A stretch of DNA of 61,424 nucleotides, filler included, from Nemertoderma westbladi (lineage: Eukaryota; Animalia; Xenacoelomorpha), in NCBI GenBank assembly GCA_032718475.1. It is 3 parts of 3 records of this genome, joined end to end, with 100 filler letters (N's around TTAATTAATTAA, not from the genome) between each part and the next. Parts side by side here need not be neighbours in the genome. Positions count along the whole stretch, not along the records: positions 28,728 to 52,100 come from JAUCBJ010005149.1; 2 more parts are not named here. The stretch is one strand, 5' to 3'. Shown piece by piece: positions 39,421 to 52,200 of the stretch (the stretch's first letter is position 1; each line of letters starts with the position of its first letter). The position numbers and the translations under genes were made by a program. The notes under the pieces were generated by a model. That model was given only the letters and a program-made list of their open reading frames with translations, searched no databases and was not told where the DNA came from.

Positions 39421-40784
39421 ACGTTTTAATTATTAACCATATTTCGTAAGATATATTTCATCATCGTGTCTGCACGGTATTTCACATAGCGCCCCATTTG
39501 GTGATCTCCAGTGAATGTTTGGATTTGACCTGACCAAATTGGTTTACTACGGAAGATCCGCAGTGGGCACACCTGAGCGGGTGTGGGCCACTCGGACTAG
39601 GACTTTGTAATTATTTTGCAAATATTGGGACCATGCATTTTCTAACTTACAGGTTTCGTTGCATTGCTTGGATCAAACTTATCCTGTATTCTATAATGCG
39701 TGGTATTTTACTCTCCGACATCGGTAGAGGTGAAGAGGTGTGTTGTTGGTCTGCCTCTGCGTCATTGGGGCGGGGGGGGGGGGGGGGGGTGTGTGTTGGG
39801 GCAAGTGTCAGATTCATCTATTCGTGTTGATGGTTGGTGAGGATTCCACTTCTGGCTAGGTCTGGCCTAGAGTAGAAGCAGTTCCGCGGCAATAATAATA
39901 TTGCTCCTCAAAAGAGGGCCCTTACTGCATCAGGGACGCTTTTTTCGACAGAGCCCCGTCAGCTGAAACAGCCAGTGCCGCTAGTCGGTGGGGTTGACTT
40001 GTTGACGAGAGGCTATTATGAGGCGCAATGGGATACGCATTGCGTATCTCCTTCTGTCAACCAATAGTGGCCTAAGATATATTTTTAAACATTTATTTAT
40101 TAATAATGCAATAACTGAATAACCAGATAACGGAAAGACAAATCGAATTGAAACTTTTAATTACTAATAATAATTGTGGTGAGAGGTGATTGGAAATCAA
40201 GCATATATGTTATGTTATGGTAGGCACAGGCAAATGAATTGATGTCTGTTGAGATGTATTGAAGGAGCACTATTCCTTCTACTAGACTACTACAGGTTAG
40301 GCCATGTCCTTGTGTGCTAGCCTAGGCACTGGCTTGGTCAATGACTTTAGCTTTAGCTTTAGCTGCCATTTTAGTAATGTACAACTTCAAGAAATATTAT
40401 TGGGCACGGCTGCCCTTGTTCATGCCTTGTTGTCACACACACACCTACACACACAGAGACTTTTGAAAAACGGCCATAGTATAATTATATCAGTTCGCTG
40501 ATGGCTCGCCATTCGTGTCTCGCCCCACATGTCCATTCCGCCGCTATTATTAAACCAATTTTCAACGACATTTAATAAAATAACGAAGTTCAACACCCAC
40601 ATTCTTAGTCTAATGAAGATAAGTTAAAACGTTGCAAGCATTCAGGTACCGTTGGAACCGTTCATCAGGTGTACAGTATATCGTTATTTTTTTTTTAACA
40701 ATATACCCCTGGTGAAGTGTTCCAACTGAACCTGATAGCTTGCAACTTATCTTCATTAGACTAAAAAATAAAAAAAATAATGTG

Positions 40785-40950
40785 TTCAGATAAGGGGGGA
40801 AACTGGACGCAATAAAAATTCGTTCCTCTCCAGAGGAAATTCGACGCAAATAGCAGCTGCTTACTCTCAAAAATAAAAGAGTAACCTGTTCTATTGTATT
40901 TAGTTTATTGTTTTGGTTAAAATAACGCACCACTGTAACCTGCTCTTTTC
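40785..40950 (-). repeat. Dispersed ~170-bp repeat (other copies at 50085-50262 + and, partially, 58222-58290 +)
   Basis: Shared gcaggtt.cagtgg..cgttattttaaccaaaacaataaactaaa.acaatagaacaggttac. Confidence 0.85.
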
Positions 40951-41299
40951 CATAAATTGAGAAATTACCATGGAGGCGGGATATTAATTCGCCAAGATGG
41001 GATTGCGTCCCCCCCCTGTCTCATTGTGTTATGTGAAATAGACCCATAGAATATACACTTGAAATTGAAACTAATACAGTATGACAAGTAATTGATAAAA
41101 CATATCCAAATCAACCCAAATCAACCATCCATAAGTTATCACCATGCCTAAACACGGCCCACTGCTCGTCAAGACACCCCCCCCCCCCACATCAATTACA
41201 TTTCATGATATTGCATTATAATTATATCACTTGCCCTTTAAGTAGTAGTTGTAGTATTTCGGGCAGGGACAACCCCCTCCGATGCGCTCTTAGTAGGAG

Positions 41300-44200
41300 A
41301 TATTAAATATAAGAGTTTTATTATTACTTGTTACTATTAAGTATATTATTCAAACTTAAGGTCACTTAAGACCCCTGTTGATAGATTACAAGCACAAGCA
41401 CAGTTATGATGGATAATTATTTACCAATTATACTGCACATCAACAATATAGAGCTTATCTATACAATATATTCCAAAATGAAAATAAACAATATTGAAGA
41501 GCACACAATAAAAAATAAATATAATAAGAAATCGCATTTCAAAGCAAAAATATGTTATGTATTGTTTTCAATCGTATTGTATTGTTATGTATTGCTCCCT
41601 AGTACAGATCCCCTTGCCTTCATTGCATAGAATATATACAATGCTATTCCGAAAACTATGTTATTGTCGACCGCGCACATCAATTTGTTGAATTTGAAAA
41701 TGGACGGGTACCGAGAAAAGAACCGACCAAGATAATTACAACGTAAAGAATTATATTTCTCGCATACCAGAAGGAAATGGTACTCGTCCTTCACATCTCC
41801 GTTGCCACAAACAATACAAAGACGTTAATTCCCGAGGAATGTTATACCATCTACCGGTTTCGATTGCAAGATAGTGGGAACTACAACGGAAGCGCGCAAA
41901 GGACTGTCTTAGACTCAAATGATTGTGCAGAAGTTGAATATATGAAGATGTCCTGAAGGTTTCCTTAATGTAAAAAACTCCCTTTGGTGATTCGACAATA
42001 TCCTGTCTCCATCTCTGTTTAAATTGATCTCTGATGCGAACTTTTACTGATGCAAGGAACTGCGTTCTGGACTGTATTAATTCACTCTGGGTGGACCACA
42101 CATTACTGTAACCGAGGCTGTTCAATAAATCTCTCACCTTGGTTGCCCAATTAACTACGGAAGGGTCCTGGACAGAGTCGTCAAGCATCATTGAATATTC
42201 TCTCTTCAATAGACGAGTTTTGGGCAGTGCCACTACCTTCAACCAATACTTAATAATGCTTTGATACCTGCCTGTATAAAGTGGAAACTGTCCAGTCTCA
42301 CCATAAACCACGAAATTGGGAGAATTACTGTGGATACGCAAAAAACTTTTTAAAAATTTCAGATTGACGCGTTCTATATCAATTGCTTCTTGGAATCCCC
42401 ATACTTCGCTACCGTAGTTTAATATCGGTTTAATAAGTGCATTAAACAAAAATATCGCTACATCAAATGGCAAACATGGATATTTTACAAATAATTTGAG
42501 TAATGAAAAATAAGCTTTTTGCGCCTTCTCTGCGAGTACCTGTTGCGCAATGTTCAACTTACCAGACGCAGAGAAAGTAATACCTAGATAAGTGTACTGG
42601 TTCACTACCGTCAACTTTGTACCTTTATATGACCACGTATCAGATTTACATAGTCTACCCCCGTTAAAAAAATACTACAATATTTGATTTATCAATGTTT
42701 ACTGAAAGGAATATTTAATGCACATTGAAGTTCAATTGGTGGACCGTCGGAAATAATAACAATATCATTAGCAAATAACAGTAAATACAATTTCAGCACT
42801 CCAATAGATATGCCACCGAAACCACCTCTGGATAGTTCTGCTTCGAGGTCATTTATGAACAAACTAAATAATAAAGGTGACAAACTTTCACCTTGTAGAA
42901 CTCCTATTATACAATCGTAGGAATCCGACAATAACCCATTTGAACGTACGCATGCTTTTACCGAACTATACATACTCTTAACTATATTCAATAATTTACC
43001 ACCAACACCTAGAGACAGCAATTTAATCCACAAAGCACTTCTGTCTACACTATCGAAAGCTTTTTTCAAGTCAATAAAAGCACAATATAGTTTACGTTTC
43101 TTGCTATTACCAGATAGAAAATGGTCAATCAGTGACTTTAAGATAAGCATTTGGTCTACAGTCGAGTAACCAGATCTAAACCCACCGTGGGCGTCGACTA
43201 TAATGCCAAATGCATCTGCCCACCACTGTAATCGACGATTTAAGAGATAACGTAATAATAACGCTTAATAACGTAATAGGCCTATAGTTCCCGGGATTTA
43301 ACTTTGCACCTTTTTTAAATAATGGAGTAACAATTCCTATAGACCACTGTGATGGAAAATTACCAGATTCTAGAATAGCATTAAACAACATAACAACTGT
43401 AGGGACTAAATGATCACAACCCTCAATCAGAAATTCGTTCAGTACATTATCAATACCTGGTGATTTGTTACGTTTAAGGTTATGTATAATTTCTGACACT
43501 TCTGGTTCCGTAAATGGCATTCCCAGATCACGTTCAAAAATTGTTCTACAGTAGAATCATTTAGGTTAAAATTATCGGTGGGAGGGGGTATTGGTACGCC
43601 TGTATCACAAAAAGTGCATTCGTGGTCGCTTTGGTTCTTATAAAAATCGCGGAATTGTTCAAGTGACGGCTGGGATGCACTATTACTAACTTTGCTACCA
43701 CCGCACACCCTTTTTACTTTTTTCCAAAATAGTTTGGCTTCAGAAGTGCGATGAAGTTTCAATTTGGTTGCTTCATCGATATAATGTTCGTATCTGGCTT
43801 TACGAAGTGTTTTCTTATATACCTTACGTTTATTCGACAATAAGGAATATGATTCGCCAGTCCGTAAATTATGCCAATTTTTCAGCGCACTACTGAATTC
43901 CAATTTTGCACCATTGCAATTATCATTAAACCAAATTGCACGGCAATGCACTTTGGCCTTTGCACTTAGTCATACTGTTGTAGTAAAATATTCATTGGAA
44001 ATATCATTAAAAATATTCGAGAATTTACCAATACATTTATCGATATTGCACTGAGAAAAATCGCACTCATAAATTAAATCGTCCTGCACTTCTTGTAGTT
44101 TATGTTGCGCATTGGTTGACTGTATAAAGTTATGGTAATCCGCCTTAAATTTATCATTCCACTTGCAACATTGTGGTTGCTCAGGAGTGGTATCGGGTTT

Positions 44201-46620
44201 AGTATGATCTGCAGCGCCAGAAGTTATATCTGGTGAATTGGGGTTTATGGTTGCTGCTACTATACAATGCTTACTGAACAAGTTAGGATCACCAATGGCA
44301 AACTCCCTACAAGAAGCTATAAGTGCAATTGACCCTACAAAGTAAGCTATAGTAGATGCACCATAAATATTATTACCTACATTACAATAATAGGTGTATT
44401 TACCAATGTTCGCATCGCTACCTACCCTACCATTGAAGATTTTTAAGCCAGTATTTTTGCAAAACGAGAGCAAATCCTTGCCGCATTTATTTAATGTCAT
44501 ATCCATGTTTGAGCGAGTAACAAGTACATTATTCGCAATTAATTCCTCGCTGTCGATGACATAATCATCTGGAAGAAGGTCATCTGAGTCAAAATCGTGC
44601 AAAACCGATAAGTACGGATCTAGATAATCCTTAAAATAGATTAGCACTCCACCACTAAATCTTTTCGCATTTTTGTGTTTAGTTTTTCTACATTTCCTAG
44701 TAGAGCTGTAACCATCAATATCTACACTAACCAATGCGTTCGGACTTAGAAAGGTCTCTACACAAATGAATACATCATATGACCTTATTGTTTCACAAAA
44801 ATTTGGATCATTAACTGTTGTGGCAAGGCCTTCCACATTTAATAAACCAATCTTTAGTTCTGTATTTAAGCTGACCTCTGCCTGGCTCGGACCAGTCTGG
44901 TCAGTTAACCGTTGGCCTCCAGATTGCCCACTTCGGGGGGCGCGTTGTTGACCGGCTGGTTGTGTGGGTCACCCTCACCGCGTTCAGCTAGCACTTCGAA
45001 TCGATTACGGATACTAGCGGGGCCCGACTCGCCTGTATCCGGACTTCCAGCATGATTTAAACCCGATGGTGTTCCCGTTCGCGATTCTGGTATCACTATC
45101 CACTCAGCGCTGTTACTAGTAGATTGGTTATGTTGTCGTTGCAGCTGCACTTTGATTGGTGGCTGGTTAAGAGATATCAGTTCTTCCTCGTCCGGGTCGA
45201 CAGAACCTTGTTGCATATACTCCTCGATTTCCAAGTCCGCTTCGCGAATTGATTCTTCCGTTGGTTCTGGTGGAGGCGACACACTACAACACACCGCCGT
45301 GGTGATCCCAACAGCTGGTGCGGGCAGCGGGCGAGAAGGTAATGAGGCATGGAATACTGGCAGAGTGTGGCTTTCGTTAACCACAACCTCACATTGTGCC
45401 TGCGAATGCAGTTGAAGTGTCGGTTGGAACGGAGTGGACGGTCGATAACTGTTAATCGCTGGGTGCCGTGCCTGGTTGTAGTAGGGACCCGCTGCAGCTC
45501 GTCCTCCAACACCGACTGGACCACCGCTGTCGCCGATATTGGGCGTGAATCGACCTGGGTTTGCCACCGTTACTCGAGCTCTGTTAAACACTTCCCCCTG
45601 AGACATAGAGGAAGAGGATGACGTAACTGGGGGTTGTAACTGAGAATAACATTGTCATTGTCGTTGCACACCACGAACTGGAGGATTATTCGAAGTTGCC
45701 GCCGTCGAATTGGGACGCCTATTACCACTGAGTACTTCATCCACAGATATGTCGGGATAATCTTCAATGTCGCAACCCCGTATAAAAGCAGATCCCATAT
45801 GTAGATTAGTCCCTGACACTGAACTTTTAATTCCTCGAGCATTTGCCTCGCGCGATAAGCGGAATAAGGTGTCGCGCTGCTTCCGCATTTCCAGTGGGAA
45901 GTCATCGTGGATGTTAAATTGCGAACCCGCTAGTTTACTCTTGGCATCAAGTACTTGGAACTTTTGTTTCGACCGGGCAAACTCGACCTTAATGGGATGG
46001 TTACGATCCCGCATAAACCTTCCTTGTCTCGTCACTCTCTCTATATCGTCTGGATATACTTCGATTCCGAGGGCCTCCCAGAAGAAACCTAATGCCGTTG
46101 CCTCTAAATCTTCGTTGTACTGTTCTGGGATATTCTGGATAAAGAGGTTTCTGCGTGCCCAATCGCGCTCGAGATTAACTTTCCTTCTAGTCATTTCCTT
46201 GTAGTTTGCATCCATCTTCTGCTTCACCGATACCATTTCAACTTTAGACTCGCAAATACCCTCGAGGATAGTTGGGATTAATAGCAAGTTGTTCAGATGC
46301 GCCTGCGTTAGAACAGCACCGTCCCCTTCTTGGTTGCTAGCCGCCTGAGGCAGGGAGCGTCCACTACTACTCACACGAGATCGTTTATTTCTAGATCCAC
46401 TACCGGTAGGATCTGGAAACTCCTCGTCAGGTTCCATTGTTAATAGCGTTGTACTGCTGCCGTTCGGCCGTTGCTTCCTGCTCCTGGCATTGGCCTCTGT
46501 TGTAGTACGTCTGCATTTGAAGGTGATCGTACATATCGTAGTGTGGCGCTGACACGGGGATGTTGGCATTCTCATTGCTGAACATCATCGTAGTTGGAGC
46601 AGCGCGAAAGTTTCCGTCAG
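41300..46620 (-). mobile_element. Near-full-length RTE-X-like LINE (ORF1 + broken ORF2)
   Basis: ORF1 45655-46438 with an RRM-type region RRNLFIQNIPE..DIERV.R.G..PIKVEF..IHDDFP; ORF2 from KIGLLNVEGL (~44855) through KSPGID, NYRPITL, FIDLKKAFDSV, GVLQGESLSP, FANDI, YLGI and HYLAIETGRW..DEYHFLLVC. Confidence 0.92.
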
Positions 46621-47001
46621 TGCTAAGTTAGGGTACAGGAGTAATTATATGATTTTTTAAGTTCGCCTTACCCACATATGATTAATTATATATATTTGAA
46701 TATACTGATATGAACGCCTACTGACTGACAGACTATGCAGTAGCCTACTATTATTAGATCGCAATTCAAGCAGCTATTGGCGATTGAAATTCTAGAAACG
46801 CTTGTTTTGATAATCAGTATATTATTGTATACTACAGACATACGGCATAGTGGTGTAGGTATAATATCCTGGATCCCAGATATGTTTATTGGCTACAAAA
46901 AATTACTGTCTTAGAAGTGAGAGGTAAGGTGTTTTTGAGATTGACTAGTTAATGAAAATAGTAAATATTTTATACTGAATATTTTATCTTTGTTGGCCTA
47001 T

Positions 47002-48885
47002 TTAACTATTTCGGGGTTCAACTATAGACTTGACGAAGTTAACATTGGTAACTATGGCTGTGGTAGCAACAACAATACGGTAACCATGGTTTCGTGCGAG
47101 AAAACGTAACGCCGCGACTTCCGACCGAGTGCATCCTCCAAGGAAATAAACGAGCACAACTCTCGGGGTAGTGGAGAAATCGTCAGGAGAGTTAGAGAAA
47201 GAACCAGAGAATGAACCGTGGAAGAGTTCCATTAGGGTAGGAGTGAACCCGCCCTTCAGGAGAACCTTCTCGATGAGTTTAATACTAAGAGGGGAATAAA
47301 CACCGTTGAATAAGTATGACATATGTGTGGGTTCATAGTAATCCGAATACTTATTTACTTTTGGTTTTTCTCCCACTTCTTTGTAACACTTACGGAAGTT
47401 GTAAAGAATTGATGGCTGGTCTGCCGAGTTAACTAGGAGTCCGAGATTTCTGAGATCCCGGAATATCGGGAGGTGCCGGTAGCCATAGCTGTGTAGGTAC
47501 TGCATCACAAGGGAATTATAATCAAATGATTGAAGAGTGCCATTTGTTAACGAGGCTAAACACAGTAGTCTCAGTGCGTGGTAACATGGCAACTGTTGGT
47601 TGATATAATCTTCTATAAACTCGAGACATTTTCGGAAGTAACGGTTCCCCAGCAACTTGTGTTCCACACCCAGCTTCTTGTATTCCTCCTCCACCAGAAA
47701 CTGATCTTCCATACCAGATCCAACGTACAAGTGCCGAAACTCCTTCACGTCGGTGTTCATTACCCACTCGCACATACTCAGATGGTTTTGAACACTAGAA
47801 CGCGATTTTTTATATAATTTAACATCCTTTCGAATAAATTCATCAGTTTCTTCACTTGTAAATGATTTTGAGTTGGTGACTTCGTGTATGTGCTTCAGTT
47901 GTTTAGCTTTCTCAGTGAGGTAGAATATCGCACCTGGTATACTTAGGTCGCGAATACCAGCAAACACAGTGTCGTTAGATGTTGCTTCAATTCTTTTATT
48001 GTCTTTTGGTTCTGGCATCTCCCAGATTAACTCGCCATCAACTCGGATGCCAAACCTCTCATCTAATATACCTTCATAGATATTTTGGGAGAGAAGTGGT
48101 GTGACTAAATCTGCGTTTCGGTCTATTAGAAATAAATATCCAAAACTGGAAGTGTTGCTTTGCTCAGGTTGATTATTCATCAACTGTTCTCTAGTCATTT
48201 CGTAGACTTCCGTCGCACAGCAACCAACTCCGTAGACTTTGGGAATAATCCCGAATGCCGATTGGATTGAACACAAAGAACGAGAGATGCTTTTTAAACC
48301 GAAATTAACTTTATTTAAAAAGTATTCCGAATAAAATGATGGATTGTCAGCTGACATTAAATCGTCATCAACCACTACCAAGTCGAGTTTGAACTCATCT
48401 ACAGTGACGTCATTAAATATACCCCGATGATTATCTATTTCATTTATATATATGTAATTAATTTCCGGCACCGCAAACAGATGGAATTTCCTCTTGGGAC
48501 GGTTTGTTTTTTCATTGACATCGTACGGCGGTTTGTTTACTGTTGTATTGAGTCGTTTCTCGTTGTCATATTCTATGTGTTTAGCCATATCTCGTATGTT
48601 GCCTAGACTCGGACGGAATATGTAAACTCTTTGATTAGAACTGGAATCTTTGAAAAAGGTTTGAATAGAAGAAATGGAATCCGTTATAAAAGGAAATATT
48701 CTATTTATATTTTGATTTTTCGAAATTTCATCCATATTGTACATTATATTTTTCGTGGCCTTAATAACGCTCTGTTCAATAACTATATCCTTAATACCTG
48801 GATATTTATCGAGAAGGGTAATCAATTCCTTTCTGGATGTTTCGGTTAACTTGAATATGTTAGGTAACATTGAAGAAGAAGCCAT
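47002..48885 (-). CDS. VPS33B: Sec1/Munc18-family protein, VPS33B-like, single exon, 627 aa
   Basis: PGIKDIVIE, YIFRP, VVVDDDLMS, IQSAFGIIPKVYGVG, LIDRNADLVTPLLSQNIYEGILDERFGI, MSYLFNGVYSPLS, VYFLGGCTRSEVAALRFL..GYRIVVATT. The C-terminus is closer to VPS33B than to VPS33A. Confidence 0.88.
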   Translation of the reverse strand: MASSSMLPNIFKLTETSRKELITLLDKYPGIKDIVIEQSVIKATKNIMYNMDEISKNQNINRIFPFITDSISSIQTFFKDSSSNQRVYIFRPSLGNIRDMAKHIEYDNEKRLNTTVNKPPYDVNEKTNRPKRKFHLFAVPEINYIYINEIDNHRGIFNDVTVDEFKLDLVVVDDDLMSADNPSFYSEYFLNKVNFGLKSISRSLCSIQSAFGIIPKVYGVGCCATEVYEMTREQLMNNQPEQSNTSSFGYLFLIDRNADLVTPLLSQNIYEGILDERFGIRVDGELIWEMPEPKDNKRIEATSNDTVFAGIRDLSIPGAIFYLTEKAKQLKHIHEVTNSKSFTSEETDEFIRKDVKLYKKSRSSVQNHLSMCEWVMNTDVKEFRHLYVGSGMEDQFLVEEEYKKLGVEHKLLGNRYFRKCLEFIEDYINQQLPCYHALRLLCLASLTNGTLQSFDYNSLVMQYLHSYGYRHLPIFRDLRNLGLLVNSADQPSILYNFRKCYKEVGEKPKVNKYSDYYEPTHMSYLFNGVYSPLSIKLIEKVLLKGGFTPTLMELFHGSFSGSFSNSPDDFSTTPRVVLVYFLGGCTRSEVAALRFLARNHGYRIVVATTAIVTNVNFVKSIVEPRNS

Positions 48886-48992
48886 CTCTCTAATTTGTGA
48901 TTAATATTATTATCGCACTCTAAATTAGTTACTAAGTTATCTTTGTTTCCAGTACCGTTGCATGCGTTAATTACCTACAATCTATAATAATT

Positions 48993-49950
48993 GTATATTA
49001 CACTAACTATATTACACTAACTATATTACACTAACTATATTACACTAACTATATTACACTAACTATATTACACTAACTATATTACACTAACTATATTACA
49101 CTAACTATATTACACTAACTATATTACACTAACTATATTACACTAACTATATTACACTAACTATATTACACTAACTATATTACACTAACTATATTACACT
49201 AACTATATTACACTAACTATATTACACTAACTATATTACACTAGCTATATTACACTAACTGTATTACACTAACTATATTACACTAACTATATTACCCTAA
49301 CTATATTACACTAACTATATTACACTAACTATATTACACTAACTATATTACACTAACTATATTACCCTAACTATATTACACTAACTATATTACACTAACT
49401 ATATTACACTAACTATATTACACTAACTATATTACACTAACTATATTACACTAACTATATTACACTAACTATATTACACTAACTATATTACACTAACTAT
49501 ATTACACTAACTATATTACCCTAACTATATTACACTAACTATATTACACTAACTATATTACACTAACTATATTACACTAACTATATTACACTAACTATAT
49601 TACACTAACTATATTACACTAACTATATTACACTAACTATATTACCCTAACTATATTACACTAACTATATTACACTAACTATATTACACTAACTATATTA
49701 CACTAACTATATTACACTAACTATATTACACTAACTATATTACACTAACTATATTACACTAACTATATTACACTAACTATATTACACGAACTATATTACA
49801 CTAACTATATTATACTAACTATATTACACTAACTATATTACACTAACTATATTACACGAACTATATTACACTAACTATATTACACTAACTATATTACACT
49901 AACTATATTACACTAACTATATTACACTAACTATATTACACTAACTATAT
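48993..49950. repeat. 14-bp minisatellite (ctatattacactaa)n, ~68 copies
   Basis: Highly homogeneous array seen directly. Confidence 0.98.
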
Positions 49951-50409
49951 TTCACTACCCACTACCCGTATAGTGTCATTTTCTGATGAAGATGATTTTC
50001 AAGAAGTATTGTTCACTGAAGGCCATTTATTATATTTAATAAATACGCGATGTTCTGGAACATTTCGTTTATGTATAAATAGAAAGGAGCAGGTTAAAGT
50101 GGCACGTTATTTTAACCAAAACAATAAACTAAACACAATAGAACAGGTTACAGTTTTATTTTTGAGAGTAAGCAGCTGTTATTTGCGTCCAATTTCCCCT
50201 GGAGAGGGATGCATTTTTATTGCGTCAAGTCCCCCCCCCCCCCCCTCCCCCCCTATCTGGAATAGCTACGCCGTAGATATATTATAGGCATACCGTTGTT
50301 GCCCACCGGTCCGGTCCGGGTCATCAGAACATGACACTGTATTACGGGTTATGGTGTAACGTACCGGTAGCTCGTATGAACTACATCGTTATTACACTGT
50401 TATTGGTAT

Positions 50410-51260
50410 TTGGCATTATGTTGTATAAACAAAATGAAAATTTTAATATGACATTTTCTGGACTCATCTTTTGTTTTTTGGCTTATTCATTGTTCCAGAA
50501 CATGTTAGCTATTCATTTTTTAAAAGAATTATGTTCTAGAACAAATATTTTTTTGTTCTAGAACATTTTTAAAAAAAATCGGGATTTTATTTAAAACGCA
50601 TGATGGAATCGTTCTAAAACGTGTTTAAAATCAATAAAAAAATTTTGGAAATTTTTTTTATTGATTGTAATTTTTAACGTTTTGCACGTTTTAAAGAAAT
50701 TGCTCGTTAAATAATAATATCCAAATCCATAAAACCAAAATTAAATATAAAACTGCACCAGCATCCCACCACCAATCAGAACAAAACAATTAAGACAATA
50801 AAATTTAACATACAATTAAAAATGGTGCACCGTGAATTAATAATGGTCTGCGAGGTCATTCCCCCGCATCGACCATGATTTGCACGTTTTAAAACGATTC
50901 CATGCGTTTTAAATAGAAACAATATTTTTTCTAAAAAACGTTCTAGAACAAGAAATATTTGTTCTAGAACATAATTTTTTATAAATGAATAGCTAACATG
51001 TTCTGGAACACTTTCTATACAAATAGTAATAAGAACTAGCTACTACAAAATATTTATGGAGGGAAGTATGATGTCGGAACCAGTGTTGAAATTACTTGCT
51101 AAACCTACCTAAAACACTAGCTACCATAAAAAAAACATATCTACTAATGTTCTAGAACACGTATCAATAATAAAAATCATAATATGAGTTCAGAAAATAT
51201 AAAGAAAATGTCATATTAAAATGTTCGATTTTTGTTTATACATACCATAGTAATGCCCTG
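50410..51260. mobile_element. Foldback MITE(s) rich in gttctagaac motifs
   Basis: Outer IR 50412-50467 / 51184-51257; inner IR 50491-50625 / 50881-51010; insert 50696-50878 flanked by the direct repeat tttgcacgttttaaa. Confidence 0.7.
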
Positions 51261-51389
51261 GTATTTATATAACTAAAGAAAATAAAACATTGGCATTCAA
51301 TGGGTTAATTCTTAATTCGCAGCCTAATTTATCCAATATATATTTTTCGAATTTAATTTCCAATTTTAATATCGTATTTAATTAATGTC

Positions 51390-51545
51390 GCAAGTGTCCT
51401 GGACGGAGTGAGACGGCGCCTTTAATTCGCCCTGATCCGGTCTAGTCCCCTGTGCCTCCGCGGTGGACGGCGACCTTGGAGGGGCCTAGGTTTCGGCGAC
51501 GGAGCCGGGTTGCGGGGCAACGATGTCGCCACGCAATATGGCTGA
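51390..51545 (+). pseudogene. CRE-like (RLE-type) non-LTR retrotransposon, extreme C-terminal fragment
   Basis: Manual translation: ASVLDGVRRRL*FALIRSSPLCLRGGRRPWRGLGFGDGAGL, matching R.RLSFAL.RS...CLRGSR..WR.LG..DGA. Confidence 0.7.
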
Positions 51546-51717
51546 ACTCATTGCCATAGTTTCTTTAGTTAATTTAATCTGAAACTATTTAATTATTGTT
51601 ATAATTATTACCCTCTATAATAATTATTAATTAATGTATTAATATATAATATTATATTTAGATATCCATTTTCAAATTAAATAAATTGTAAACTTTAATT
51701 ATTGTCTGTTCGAGAAC

Positions 51718-52100
51718 GGAATATACGGATATACACCATGACCCGTACACCACGTCCTGGAATATACGGATATACACCATGACCCGTTCACCACGTCCTG
51801 GAATATACGGATATACACCATGACCCGTACACCACGTCCTGGAATATACGGATATACACCATGACCCGTACACCACGTCCTGGAATATACGGATATACAC
51901 CATGACACGTACACCACGTCCTGGAATATACGGATATACACCATGACCCGTACACCACGTCCTGGAATATACGGATATACACCATGACCCGTACACCACG
52001 TCCTGGAATATACGGATATACACCATGACCCGTACACCACGTCCTGGAATATACGGATATACACCATGACCCGTACACCACGTCCTGGAATATACGGATA
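51718..52100. repeat. 41-bp tandem repeat (>=9 copies, runs into the gap)
   Basis: Unit ggaatatacggatatacaccatgacccgtacaccacgtcct. Confidence 0.97.
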
Positions 52101-52200
52101 NNNNNNNNNNNNNNNNNNNNNNNNNNNNNNNNNNNNNNNNNNNNTTAATTAATTAANNNNNNNNNNNNNNNNNNNNNNNNNNNNNNNNNNNNNNNNNNNN
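52101..52200. other. Artificial contig spacer (N44-TTAATTAATTAA-N44)
   Basis: Seen directly. Confidence 0.98.

Noticed and set aside
51430-51530. Resemblance to an HDV-like ribozyme (gtccc..cctcc..ggggcaac)
   Set aside because: I could not build the nested pseudoknot, and a CRE coding remnant explains the sequence.
51658-52081. Three overlapping minus-strand ORFs
   Set aside because: Artefact of a stop-free 41-bp repeat cycling through frames.
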